From an uncultured virus (IMG/VR IMGVR_UViG_3300034378_000060) (taxonomy: Duplodnaviria > Heunggongvirae > Uroviricota > Caudoviricetes), in the IMG/VR virus record IMGVR_UViG_3300034378_000060: 32,493 bases of DNA; one strand, given 5' to 3'. Of this stretch, positions 1-9,360 are shown one piece after another. Each line of letters begins with the position of its first letter. Position 1 is the stretch's first letter. Under the pieces are notes generated by a model. The model was not told where the DNA came from. It did not search any database and was given only the letters and a program-made list of their open reading frames with translations. The position numbers and the translations under genes are program-made.

Positions 1-516
1 GACGAAACTACCGATAGCCCCCCAATCTTTTCCTTTGCCAAAGATGTAACCGTAACGTAAAATGATGTATGGAAGTTGTCCGCCATAGAACATAATTAGG
101 TCTTCGGCTATCTTTTTACTCCAACCATACAAGCTAGTTGGATTACATGGTGATTCTTCATTGATTGGAATCATGAAGTTAGGGCGATATACCGCCCCAC
201 TTGATGTGAATATTAATCGGTTAGCCTTTTTCTTGATACAAGTCTGGATAATGTTCAGCGTTCCTTCTACATTGACTCGTATTCCAAGTGTTGGATTTCC
301 GTGGACACGTTCGAATTTAGCAACGGCTGCTAAGTGTAGAACTTTGTCTCCTTTACCAATATGTTTCTCGATGTCTTTGGATGTAATGTCGCAAGCAATT
401 ACGCCTTTTGATGGAATAATATCGAGACCAACAACTTCATAGTTCCGTTTCTTCAGTTCTCTCATTATGTGTTGTCCGATGAAACCACTTGCCCCTGTTA
501 CAACTATTTTGGACAT
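1..516 (-). CDS. NAD-dependent epimerase/dehydratase (extended SDR), 3'-truncated by window edge; absent from the ORF track
   Basis: Manual translation MSKIVVTGASGFIG...HLAAVAK...NVEGTLN...FTSSGAVY...YGWSKK...LRYGYIFG shows GxxGxxG and YxxxK motifs. ATG at 516 overlaps the upstream stop (TAATG). Confidence 0.93.
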   Translation of the reverse strand, partial: MSKIVVTGASGFIGQHIMRELKKRNYEVVGLDIIPSKGVIACDITSKDIEKHIGKGDKVLHLAAVAKFERVHGNPTLGIRVNVEGTLNIIQTCIKKKANRLIFTSSGAVYRPNFMIPINEESPCNPTSLYGWSKKIAEDLIMFYGGQLPYIILRYGYIFGKGKDWGAIGSFV

Positions 517-1289
517 TATTTCCACCCCATATCTCTATCAAGTAGATTGTAAAGTCTTTGGTTATGAGGTTCAAAATAGTCAACCAATTGTTTTCTAGTA
601 TCCACATTCATTGGTGGCACGTTACTAGCTTTGCTTTTGAAAGTCGTAGTATTTGCAAATGTTGGCGGTGTCCAAGATGGAAGACCTAAGAATTCGATAA
701 CATCTTTGTAAACCTGTGCTGGTTGTGTGAACAAGTCTTCACTCTTTATTACGAAGAGTCGGTCTTTCGGAAACACCTGATAATATCTTTCCAACTGTTC
801 AGCGTAATGCCCTCTCAGCTTATAGCTGTATCTGTAATAGCAAGCTAGTCCTTTAATAGTAAGTATATCGAAAGAACAAGCATTAACCATTAATGCTAGT
901 CCACGTAATCGTTCCTCTTCTTTTTCGATTGCCTCTTCAAAAGTTAAGTTCTCTACTGGATGCTGATGATACTTTGATTGGAGTGCCCAATGTGAATATG
1001 CTCTTTGAACTGGATTTCGTAATAGAACTATCAACTTAACGTTCGGAATTGTTTGAAGAATCCTCTTTGGAATACACGGATTAAGTATGTATTGAGTTGT
1101 TGATTCGCCTGTGAAGCCCTCTGGAAAATAGGTCTTATACCAGTCAACACCAAACCAGTAATACCAGTCGAAGAAATGAACTTCTTTCGTGATTGCTGAC
1201 TTGATTGATGGATGCTGGTTTAGGCTTCCCCAAAGGCTTGTCGTTCCACCACGTTGAACGCCGAGAATCAGGTAGCTTGGTAGATTCAT
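516..1289 (-). CDS. PAPS-dependent sulfotransferase (Sulfotransfer_1; HS3ST/NDST sulfotransferase-domain-like)
   Basis: 5'-PSB loop GVQRGGTTSL, KEVHFFD, 3'-PB motif LLRNPVQRAYS, C-terminal YFEPHNQRLYNLL; SD GGTGA upstream. Confidence 0.92.
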   Translation of the reverse strand: MNLPSYLILGVQRGGTTSLWGSLNQHPSIKSAITKEVHFFDWYYWFGVDWYKTYFPEGFTGESTTQYILNPCIPKRILQTIPNVKLIVLLRNPVQRAYSHWALQSKYHQHPVENLTFEEAIEKEEERLRGLALMVNACSFDILTIKGLACYYRYSYKLRGHYAEQLERYYQVFPKDRLFVIKSEDLFTQPAQVYKDVIEFLGLPSWTPPTFANTTTFKSKASNVPPMNVDTRKQLVDYFEPHNQRLYNLLDRDMGWK

Positions 1290-1295
1290 TTTTAC

Positions 1296-1784
1296 TCACC
1301 GTCTTCCGAAAACTCGATTCCAGTAGTTTCGTAGAACTTTGTTTGGGGCAAGATAGATTTGCTCGAACTTTCCATCCTTCGCATATTGTAAGCAAAGTGC
1401 CATCATTGCTTTATAAAGTCCTTTCCTTCTATGTTCTGGTAAGACCATAGCATGATGAAACTCAACAGCATCAACCAGCGTTGCAATAGCACAAACACAA
1501 CCTACGATTTCACCATTGAATTCTGCAAAAACCACGCCTTCAGCAGTTGGTGGAGTTTTAAACCATTGAGTAGTTATCCATTCCCGACTTTGTGGTTTCA
1601 GTTTTGTCAGAGCTTGTTCTAGTGCTTCTTGAGAATAACCTCTCACTTCTTGTAAGTGTATCCAACCCTGTCTATCTTTCTCGCATAATCCATTACCAAT
1701 TTTGGCAAATCGAACAGCATATCCTTTAGGTAATTCGACCTTCGGAACTTGTTTGATGTCTGCTGTCCGAAACCAATTGCTCAC
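1296..1784 (-). CDS. GNAT family N-acetyltransferase
   Basis: Motif A VLPEHRRKGLYKAMM preceded by FAEFNGEIVG. Start moved to GTG at 1784 (GTGA overlap with upstream stop). Confidence 0.85.
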   Translation of the reverse strand: MSNWFRTADIKQVPKVELPKGYAVRFAKIGNGLCEKDRQGWIHLQEVRGYSQEALEQALTKLKPQSREWITTQWFKTPPTAEGVVFAEFNGEIVGCVCAIATLVDAVEFHHAMVLPEHRRKGLYKAMMALCLQYAKDGKFEQIYLAPNKVLRNYWNRVFGRR

Positions 1785-2668
1785 TTGAATCCCAACTTGT
1801 AGCAACGTTTCAGAGCTTTCTTCAATCCTACTTTGGGAGTCCAACCTAAGAGCTTCTTGGCTTTCTCAATCGAGATGTCTTCTTTGAAAACATCGCCTTC
1901 TCTAGCTGGAATAAACTTTACTTCATACTTGTGGTTTCTTCCATTGACAACTTCATTCGCCATGTCAGCCATCATGTTGACAGTATATGTTTTGCTTCCG
2001 ACAAGATTGATTATTTCGTTCTCGACTTTGTTTTCGATAACCTTTACGCAACCGTTAACCAAGTCGTCCACATATATCCAGTTTCGACTTTGTTTTCCAT
2101 CGCCAGTTACCGTTAGCGGTTCATCGTTGTGAGCTTGATTCAAAAAGACCCACGTTGCCAAAGCAGAACGTTGCTCTGGTCCGACTGTTGTTCCAAATCG
2201 TAGTATAACCCATCGGGGAACTAACTTGACAAAATCTTCGCCAGCTAGTTTTGTTACTCCATATAAGTCCATTGGAGACGTAGGACCATCTTCAGTTGAT
2301 GGATGTTGTGGTGTATCGCCATAGACACAAGCGGTAGAAGCGAAAATTAATAGTATATCGTTTTCTTGACATATAGATGCGATGTTAAATGTTCCATACA
2401 TGTTCACATCAAATGCCTTTTTACGTAAGACTCGCACTTCATCAACGTTAGCCATAGCAGCCAAGTGGTAGCATACATCTATGTGCTTCCAAAACTCTCT
2501 TTTGCCCAGATGAATATCGGTAATGTTGTCTATGATTGATTCAACGCCATCTACTTTACTATGTGTTAGGTCTAAGCTGAAAACCTTGTGACCAGCCTTT
2601 AATAGTTTACGACATAATGACGTTCCTATAAAGCCAGCCCCACCTGTTACTAATATGTTCAGAGTCAT
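1781..2668 (-). CDS. NAD-dependent epimerase/dehydratase (UDP-glucose 4-epimerase-like)
   Basis: TGGAGFIG, HLAA, ASTACVYG, YGVTK, GDGKQSRNWIYVDD motifs. Confidence 0.95.
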   Translation of the reverse strand: MTLNILVTGGAGFIGTSLCRKLLKAGHKVFSLDLTHSKVDGVESIIDNITDIHLGKREFWKHIDVCYHLAAMANVDEVRVLRKKAFDVNMYGTFNIASICQENDILLIFASTACVYGDTPQHPSTEDGPTSPMDLYGVTKLAGEDFVKLVPRWVILRFGTTVGPEQRSALATWVFLNQAHNDEPLTVTGDGKQSRNWIYVDDLVNGCVKVIENKVENEIINLVGSKTYTVNMMADMANEVVNGRNHKYEVKFIPAREGDVFKEDISIEKAKKLLGWTPKVGLKKALKRCYKLGFK

Positions 2669-2703
2669 AGTTAATCAACTGATTAAACTACACTCAAACG
2701 AAG

Positions 2704-2719
2704 TATTTAAACTTTATGG
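2704..2719 (-). promoter_or_regulatory. Archaeal BRE+TATA promoter of epimerase-GNAT-sulfotransferase-epimerase operon
   Basis: Minus strand CCATAAAG-TTTAAATA ~35 nt upstream of ATG 2668; identical to the 16-mer at 23410-23425. Confidence 0.8.
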
Positions 2720-2747
2720 TTTAAGAGAGCTTACTTGCCTTGTTTCT

Positions 2748-3407
2748 TCAAAAGAGCTTTTTTCTCGCTTCGTTTTCTCTTTCAGCCTCTACAACAAGTC
2801 GCATTAGGTTAATCTCGAATCTCCGCTTTTCGATTGGAAAATAGAACTTTCCCCACCGCTTAGACAGCGTTTGTTCTGGAACATCATTAAGCATGTGAAC
2901 GATTATATCAGCTTTACCCATTCTGTTTGTATAATATGTGCCATCTTCCGAACTCATTGTAAATATGAGTTTGCCCGCAACTTGATATTGTTGACGAATA
3001 TATGAAACGTGTTTCAAGATAATGGCTTGTTGTTCTTTGTAAGGCATATCATTGTATGGTGGAACAAATACTCTGGGAAATACACCAAGATTCTTTTTTA
3101 TCCACCTTACACTTTCTTTTATTTCACGAGTAACGCCTTCAACGGATAGATGTTTGAAACTTGGATGTGTTACTGAGTGGGTTGCAATTTCACAACCATA
3201 ATCCATCATTTCTTTGAGTTGTTCGATATTCATGCATGGAATCTTCGCATATGGGTCTGTCCATAAATGTGTTTTTCCAACAGTTCCAGTTATAACTCCA
3301 ATAATGACTTTGATTCCAAGCTCACATACTCTATACTTTTTGAGTAGAGGGAATACTGTATTATACTGGTCTAGCAGAGCATCGTCCAACCAAATGTTTC
3401 TTACCAT
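2748..3407 (-). CDS. Polysaccharide deacetylase (NodB/CE4-like)
   Basis: WLDD (motif 1), EIATHSVTHP (HxxxH metal motif), FVPPYN (motif 3). Confidence 0.82.
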   Translation of the reverse strand: MVRNIWLDDALLDQYNTVFPLLKKYRVCELGIKVIIGVITGTVGKTHLWTDPYAKIPCMNIEQLKEMMDYGCEIATHSVTHPSFKHLSVEGVTREIKESVRWIKKNLGVFPRVFVPPYNDMPYKEQQAIILKHVSYIRQQYQVAGKLIFTMSSEDGTYYTNRMGKADIIVHMLNDVPEQTLSKRWGKFYFPIEKRRFEINLMRLVVEAERENEARKKLF

Positions 3408-4594
3408 TAGAAATCCTCTCCTATGAACTTTATCCAGTCTTCAACTGGAACATTCCCCGCTCGAATCTTGCCCCAGAACGTATGAGCGTTTACATACCAA
3501 CGATGCAATACTTCTGAGTCTTTCAGTTCATCAGTAGGCATCTTCTGGGAGATACATTGATGGAGAGTATTGGTCTTATCGAACACGTCTTCGTCTTTCT
3601 CAAGAACCCGTAGCATTTCACCAGCATCTCCTTTTACGTTTTGAGCGTTGAATGGTCGTCCTTCGTTCTTAGCATTAATCAGTTCTTCAAACTGAGCTAT
3701 CAACTGTTTCGAACGAGCTTCCTTCGTGTGACGCTTGAATATTAATTCCATACCATTTCGAGCAATCTTCTTTCGCTCAGATTCATTCTCGATGTAATAT
3801 GTAAGTTGTTCAGCGAAGTTTCGGAAACCAAGTTGAACCATAGTCACATTCGGCTCGAAGCCTAATGCTTTATAGTCATACGGCAAGTTAGATGCAACCA
3901 ATGTATTGCATGCCATTCCTTCGAAGAATTTCATAACTGAGAACTTAAATAGACCAGTATCAAATGCAAGTATCTTCGACTTGTTGAGTGTAGCTAGATA
4001 CTGGCTATGATTGAATGTTTTATTGTCGGCAACATATGTTTTTCCATCTATTGGAATATGATGTCGCATAACAATTCTAAGTGGATAGATGGGTCCGAAT
4101 ACGCCAGAGAAATATGCATTGTGAATTCTCTCTTGGTGTAAGTCGTAGAACATGCGAGTTGAGACAGCCCATGGCGAATAGCCAACTGGACATAGCTCGG
4201 TTTTAATTCGGAAGCCTATTCCGCCACCATAGTTTCGAGTTAAAATCATATCTACCTGTCCGCTTTGGACACGTTGCTTTCTGTTAGACCATTCTGAGTG
4301 AACATCTGAGATGAATGTTGCTCGTGGAACATCCACACCGCTCGTGTCAACATAGTCCATATCAACCATTATTACGTCTGGTTGTTCTTCTTTCACCGCT
4401 TGTTTGAATGGAATCTTGTCAAATGTTTTAAAGACGGTTGGATAGAATGGTAATCCAAAAGCGTCATGTGTTGGAAGTCCTTTCTTGGCATAGAAACTGA
4501 CGTTACCTTTTCCGATAACTTGTTCGAAGACTCTCACAGATTCAGAGTCAAACTGAATTGGATTAGTATTCCTGAATATCCACATCACTTTCAA
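3407..4594 (-). CDS. Glycosyltransferase, GT-B fold (CgeB/Glyco_trans_1_2-like)
   Basis: YLATLNKSKI...MKFFEGMACNTLV...ERKKIARNG...HTKEAR is a typical CgeB-type C-terminal domain; TTGA start/stop overlap. Confidence 0.82.
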   Translation of the reverse strand: MKVMWIFRNTNPIQFDSESVRVFEQVIGKGNVSFYAKKGLPTHDAFGLPFYPTVFKTFDKIPFKQAVKEEQPDVIMVDMDYVDTSGVDVPRATFISDVHSEWSNRKQRVQSGQVDMILTRNYGGGIGFRIKTELCPVGYSPWAVSTRMFYDLHQERIHNAYFSGVFGPIYPLRIVMRHHIPIDGKTYVADNKTFNHSQYLATLNKSKILAFDTGLFKFSVMKFFEGMACNTLVASNLPYDYKALGFEPNVTMVQLGFRNFAEQLTYYIENESERKKIARNGMELIFKRHTKEARSKQLIAQFEELINAKNEGRPFNAQNVKGDAGEMLRVLEKDEDVFDKTNTLHQCISQKMPTDELKDSEVLHRWYVNAHTFWGKIRAGNVPVEDWIKFIGEDF

Positions 4595-5889
4595 ACGTCA
4601 GCCCTCTTTTCTGTTCCATCAATTTCCCACTCGTTCTTGTTTAGCCATGGCGGTCTAAACTTGGTGATACAAGCTAGTTGTTTACCACTCTTCGAACGAG
4701 TCATTTCGTCCACATATGTCACTTCAACGTCAAGTCGGTCAGCAAAGTATTTCTGAATGATTGACATATCTGGTAGCTTCTTCATGTCCCATGCCTTCAA
4801 CAGTAGTCGAATTTTACCTTGCTCGTCCTGTTGAACTTGGTGAGCTTCAATTAACGTAAGATAGTTTGGAACATCGTAATACATCGCTTCATTGATTTCT
4901 GTCATGTTCATCCAGTCGCCTTGTTTTGTCCAGAGATATTGAAGTGTTCTACCGACAACTTTACTAAGCAATCTAAGTCCTCTATTGCACGAACACATCT
5001 TGTCTGAGAGTCCGCCAATATCGCCGTTTTCGTAGCGGATTAATGGCATGGCATAATTCATCAAGTCTGTCCAAATGTATCGTCCATCTGGCATAACTTC
5101 AAGAATGTAACGTTCTTCGCTCAAGTGGAGACCTTCATGCTTGTTACATTCAGCCCCCATCGAACCTAAGTCTTGTGAGCCATAGAAATCGAATATTTCA
5201 ACACCGAAGGCTTTTCTAACAATATCACGAATGTCCTTTGAAATCGGTTCACAATTATTGATTACACACTTCAGGGTTGGAAATTTGATGCCGTGTTTGA
5301 TAGCGTAATATGCTAGTGCCCTCAATGATGAGGCATACCCACGAATTGATGTTGGTTTAAAGCCCTTCATCTTGTTCAGGTAATCGAGTGTGGTTTCTTC
5401 GTTTGTCATCCACTCGATAGGAAACTGATATACTTCATGGCTTCCAAACAATAAGTGATTACCAATTAGCTTTCGTGGTTTAACGTGATGAAGTTCGCCA
5501 CCGCCCCAGATAACGGCTTGGCGTTTCCATGTGCCCTTTGGTTGCCAGCTATGGTATCTGGATTGAATCCAGCCAAAAGGCGTTTGGTCTTTGTTTGTGC
5601 GAATCACTACTTGCTCTGAAGTTCCACCAGTCCACTTCTGAATGAATTCTACATTCTTGGCTGACAGTTCCTCAAAGCTGTCATGAACATGTTTCTTTGT
5701 TAATATTGGAATTTGTTTAAGGTCATCAATGTCTTTGATTACTGGTAAGTCTTTATAAAATGCACAGTTCTGTCTTGCATGAGCTAATATTTTTTGTAAG
5801 GCTTCAAGTTGCATTTCCTCAAGACGTTCCCGTGTCCACCATTGCGTCTTCATGAGGAATTCGTAGTTAATCCTGTTTAGGTAGCTCAC
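4591..5889 (-). CDS. Phenylacetate-CoA ligase / CapK-like adenylate-forming enzyme (ANL superfamily)
   Basis: LKQIPILTK, TGGTS loop, GYASSL, FYGSQD, TDLMNYAMPLIRYENGD, GR, SGK motifs; GTGA overlap. Confidence 0.88.
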   Translation of the reverse strand: MSYLNRINYEFLMKTQWWTRERLEEMQLEALQKILAHARQNCAFYKDLPVIKDIDDLKQIPILTKKHVHDSFEELSAKNVEFIQKWTGGTSEQVVIRTNKDQTPFGWIQSRYHSWQPKGTWKRQAVIWGGGELHHVKPRKLIGNHLLFGSHEVYQFPIEWMTNEETTLDYLNKMKGFKPTSIRGYASSLRALAYYAIKHGIKFPTLKCVINNCEPISKDIRDIVRKAFGVEIFDFYGSQDLGSMGAECNKHEGLHLSEERYILEVMPDGRYIWTDLMNYAMPLIRYENGDIGGLSDKMCSCNRGLRLLSKVVGRTLQYLWTKQGDWMNMTEINEAMYYDVPNYLTLIEAHQVQQDEQGKIRLLLKAWDMKKLPDMSIIQKYFADRLDVEVTYVDEMTRSKSGKQLACITKFRPPWLNKNEWEIDGTEKRADV

Positions 5890-7898
5890 CCTTCGACACC
5901 TTCGAACATGTCGTCATATCGTTTTACTATATGTTTCCACGACCAACTATTTAAACATTTCTGTCGGTTTCGTTTGCCAATTCGTTGCCTGAGAGAATAG
6001 TTTCTCTTCAGAATTCGTAATCGTCTGTTAATTCCCTCAACGAATTCATCTTCTGGCATAGGTGGAACAACCCAACGATTATCTATAACTTCTGGTATTG
6101 CCCCAACTGCTGATGAAACAATTGGTAAACCGCTTGCCATCGCTTCTAAGATTGGTTGTGGAAGACCTTCAGACAGGCTTAAGTTAATAAGAACATCAAT
6201 GGAATGATAGAAATCTACCATTGGCTGTTGACTACGACCTTTCTTGAAGTGCTTCGGACCCCATACATCTCTTACTTTAACGGGATAAATGATGTGAGAT
6301 AACAAACGTGTCCTTTTGATTGGTCGAGTGCTATTTCCAACCCAACCAACAGTAAAATCGTCATCATGGCGTGGCTTTTTTCGTGGCTTGAAAAGTTTAG
6401 TATTCACGGCACTATGAGTTAGATAGACTGGTCGGAAAGTTCCCAATTCTCTTTCCTTCTCTAACGTAAAGTGGTAAGTTTCCTTTGAAATACATCCAAT
6501 TGCATCGGCTGGAATGCGGGCTGGAACATGTTCGCCTTCTCTGTTATAGATTAATTCTGCTTCTCTAGGACTAGCTCTAAGTCCAACGCAAACTCGCATC
6601 TTTGGTTTCCGTTTATTAAATGCTCTCAGATTTGCGGGATACCCAGCGATTGAAATCCATTGACCACTACACATACAAAATATAACATCATTGAATTTAA
6701 CATCTCGTGGCGTAACTTTGTCAAGTCGTTTAATTGTAACATTGTGTTTACTATATGCTTGTATGCCTCTCGCCCCAAAGTCGAACGCCCAACCATATTG
6801 GTCTATAACTATAAGAACGTTTAGTCTTTTCTTTGTCAACTTTGGTTTTTCACGTTTCTGTCTTTTTCGATAACTCCTTCTCGAAGAAACAACTAACTTT
6901 GACAATGGAAGAATTTCTAGCTGTCGTTTCGCTGGTTGAAATATGATTCTTGACCGTCTTACACCTACGAGTAAATCACGGTCTGCTTCAAATGCTCTAT
7001 GATGCAACTTTATTCTGAAGTCACAAAATTGTGGGATACGAGCTTTATCTAAGTCGTCAGCCCACGGAACATCACTTGTGAAGTTTTTTGAAGGGACCCA
7101 GCATCGGAGACCAATCTTTTCGTAAATATCTCTTCTTATTATGGCAAGACCAAATCCTTCAAACCAGACTTGTTTGATTACTGGATTTGCTTGTCTCCAT
7201 TCTTCTGTCAAAAACTTATAGTCCGCCCTTATAGGATTCTTATCTCTGAGGGCTTTAAAAGGAAGCGGGTCTAATGTAATGTTAATATATGGATGTGGTT
7301 TACCTTCCATACACCATGAGCAACCTTTATTTCCTCTCATCCAACAATTGCAAAAGTTAAAACAGCCTGAGAGAACTGGTAAGTCGTAAACTATTAAAGT
7401 TTTGAGAAGATTTTTCACCGAATCTGGTGGACAAATAACGTCATCGAGAACAAGAATCATGTGAGTATATTCTTTATGGATTGCCATAAACTTTCTCGTT
7501 TGCTCAAGAACTTGTGGTTTCGAAAAGTATTTAAACCACACTTTGTCAACGTAATCAATCTTATTGAATGCTTGTGCTACTTCGGCAATTCTTCGTGGAC
7601 TCCAAATTATGAGAATTGGATTAATATTCTTCATAGACGGAAGTGGTTTCCTTCGTCTATATTCTTCTATGCTCACTTCTGGACTTCCCTCTGGTTTGAA
7701 TCCTTCAATGAACTTTCGCCAACGTCCATAAAGTTCATCCCAGCGTTTTTGCGTTAGATTTCCTCTGGAAATATTGTCCATAACTGTGCCCGTTGATGAT
7801 GGTCTAGGTGGAATCTTATAGCCTCTTGAAAGTTGCCACTTAACGAATTGTGTGTATTCTTTGTATTGTTCCCATTCCCATCTACTGCTCTTTACCAT
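5886..7898 (-). CDS. Two-domain glycosyltransferase: N-terminal GT-A (GT2-like) plus C-terminal GT-B (GT4-like)
   Basis: N half YTHMILVLDDVI, GFGLAIIRR, SDVPWADD; C half SLSEGLPQPILEAMASGLPIVSSAVGAIPE (GT4 E-x7-E). Start placed at ATG 7898, overlapping the upstream stop. Confidence 0.82.
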   Translation of the reverse strand: MVKSSRWEWEQYKEYTQFVKWQLSRGYKIPPRPSSTGTVMDNISRGNLTQKRWDELYGRWRKFIEGFKPEGSPEVSIEEYRRRKPLPSMKNINPILIIWSPRRIAEVAQAFNKIDYVDKVWFKYFSKPQVLEQTRKFMAIHKEYTHMILVLDDVICPPDSVKNLLKTLIVYDLPVLSGCFNFCNCWMRGNKGCSWCMEGKPHPYINITLDPLPFKALRDKNPIRADYKFLTEEWRQANPVIKQVWFEGFGLAIIRRDIYEKIGLRCWVPSKNFTSDVPWADDLDKARIPQFCDFRIKLHHRAFEADRDLLVGVRRSRIIFQPAKRQLEILPLSKLVVSSRRSYRKRQKREKPKLTKKRLNVLIVIDQYGWAFDFGARGIQAYSKHNVTIKRLDKVTPRDVKFNDVIFCMCSGQWISIAGYPANLRAFNKRKPKMRVCVGLRASPREAELIYNREGEHVPARIPADAIGCISKETYHFTLEKERELGTFRPVYLTHSAVNTKLFKPRKKPRHDDDFTVGWVGNSTRPIKRTRLLSHIIYPVKVRDVWGPKHFKKGRSQQPMVDFYHSIDVLINLSLSEGLPQPILEAMASGLPIVSSAVGAIPEVIDNRWVVPPMPEDEFVEGINRRLRILKRNYSLRQRIGKRNRQKCLNSWSWKHIVKRYDDMFEGVEG

Positions 7899-8734
7899 GG
7901 CACATATCTCCCATCTTTGGCGTAATACTGGAAGCGACAACCAAACCGTCTAAGCTCATTTTTAAACTTTTCGGTTAATGCCGTCACTTGACCATCAATC
8001 TTCATATCTTCCATGTGAAAAAGCGTTCCATACTTTCCTATGAAGATACGGTTGCCAACCAACTCTATTTTGGCTGGTCGAATGTTAGTTTTAAAGTGTG
8101 TAATAAAGTCTTTGAGCATCTGTTGATGTTGCTCTTTCGTAAGAACTTTCGGATAGCAGTTTTCTCTAATTACTTTGGCTGGTGTCCCAACAGCGAGACA
8201 ACCAGCGGGTAATGATTTCGTAACAACCGCCCCCGCCCCCACAACAGTATCATGACCTATGGTTACGTTAGGCATTATCATAGCTTTAGGACACCAAACA
8301 CGGTCTTCAATTGTGATGGGTCCAAAGTCAACTGGAAAACCTTTGAACCAGTTTTGATAAGCCCCATGAGTGTAAATTCTTGTATCTTGACCAAGACCTA
8401 CTTCATCACCAATCGTTACAGGTCGTGCTGTATTGATGAAACTGAAGTCTCCAAGATGCCCCCAATATCCGATTCTGAGCTTACTACGTTTTTCCATGCA
8501 AGAACCGCCACCGATTGCACATTGCCGACCACTCCAAAACTCTTTATCTATCTCGATGTCAACGCCAGATATTTCGAAATCGTCTCCGATAATACTTCGG
8601 TCTCCTAAAACGAATCGCTTCTTCACATTGATGATTATATTCTTACCAAACTTACAGTTGTTGCCGATGATTAAGTCGCCTTCACCAATGATTTTTACGC
8701 CTTTGAGAGTTGTTCCTTTTCCTATCTTGGTCAT
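7892..8734 (-). CDS. Left-handed beta-helix (hexapeptide repeat) sugar O/N-acyltransferase
   Basis: Repeated IGxx hexapeptides; IYTH; VTIGHDTVVGAGAVVTKSLPAGCLAVGTPAKVIR. ATGA overlap at 8731-8734. Confidence 0.9.
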   Translation of the reverse strand: MTKIGKGTTLKGVKIIGEGDLIIGNNCKFGKNIIINVKKRFVLGDRSIIGDDFEISGVDIEIDKEFWSGRQCAIGGGSCMEKRSKLRIGYWGHLGDFSFINTARPVTIGDEVGLGQDTRIYTHGAYQNWFKGFPVDFGPITIEDRVWCPKAMIMPNVTIGHDTVVGAGAVVTKSLPAGCLAVGTPAKVIRENCYPKVLTKEQHQQMLKDFITHFKTNIRPAKIELVGNRIFIGKYGTLFHMEDMKIDGQVTALTEKFKNELRRFGCRFQYYAKDGRYVPW

Positions 8735-9360
8735 TTCCATCTTCCCCACATTAGTTCGAATGCTTCAGCCCACTTAGTTCTAGCTTGTGTGCCACGCATT
8801 TCTAAGTGTGACCTGAAACACGATTCTGAAAAGAAATATGGTCTTCCTTTCATTTGAGATTTATATTCGAATAAAGCTGAGATTTTGTCACTAACATCTG
8901 ATTCGTCCAAAACGACAAAGACGTTAGGTTTGAACGTAGTTCCAACACTTCTCAACACTTCATATCCAAGAATCGTTGATGTATCTCGAAAGATTGTCAA
9001 ACAACATTCAGCTACGGCTTTATGGTCTTGATGAAGGTCAGAAAGATTAGGACATAATACTACGTCTGGCTTGTAAATTTCACGAAGTTTATAGAGAATG
9101 TCACGAACTTCTTGTTTGTGATACTCAAGAACATCTCGTGCAAACTTATTCTCGCACAAGTAATCTATCTTCAGAACTTCGCAAGCTCTTTTATGGTCTT
9201 CCAAATGTCCTTTGTTTTTAGGGTCTTCTGTGCAAGGACAAAAATAGATAGAACGAACTTCCGCCCCTTGTCTTTTCAGTTTACTAATTGTGCCACCACA
9301 AGCAACTACCGCATCGTCTGGATGTGCTTCAACAATCAGCACTTTTAGATTGTTACCCAT
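8731..9360 (-). CDS. PIG-L/LmbE family N-acetylhexosamine deacetylase
   Basis: AHPDD...CGGT and DLHQDH zinc motifs, YKSQ, C-terminal AEAF. Start may instead be 9375. Confidence 0.92.
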   Translation of the reverse strand: MGNNLKVLIVEAHPDDAVVACGGTISKLKRQGAEVRSIYFCPCTEDPKNKGHLEDHKRACEVLKIDYLCENKFARDVLEYHKQEVRDILYKLREIYKPDVVLCPNLSDLHQDHKAVAECCLTIFRDTSTILGYEVLRSVGTTFKPNVFVVLDESDVSDKISALFEYKSQMKGRPYFFSESCFRSHLEMRGTQARTKWAEAFELMWGRWK

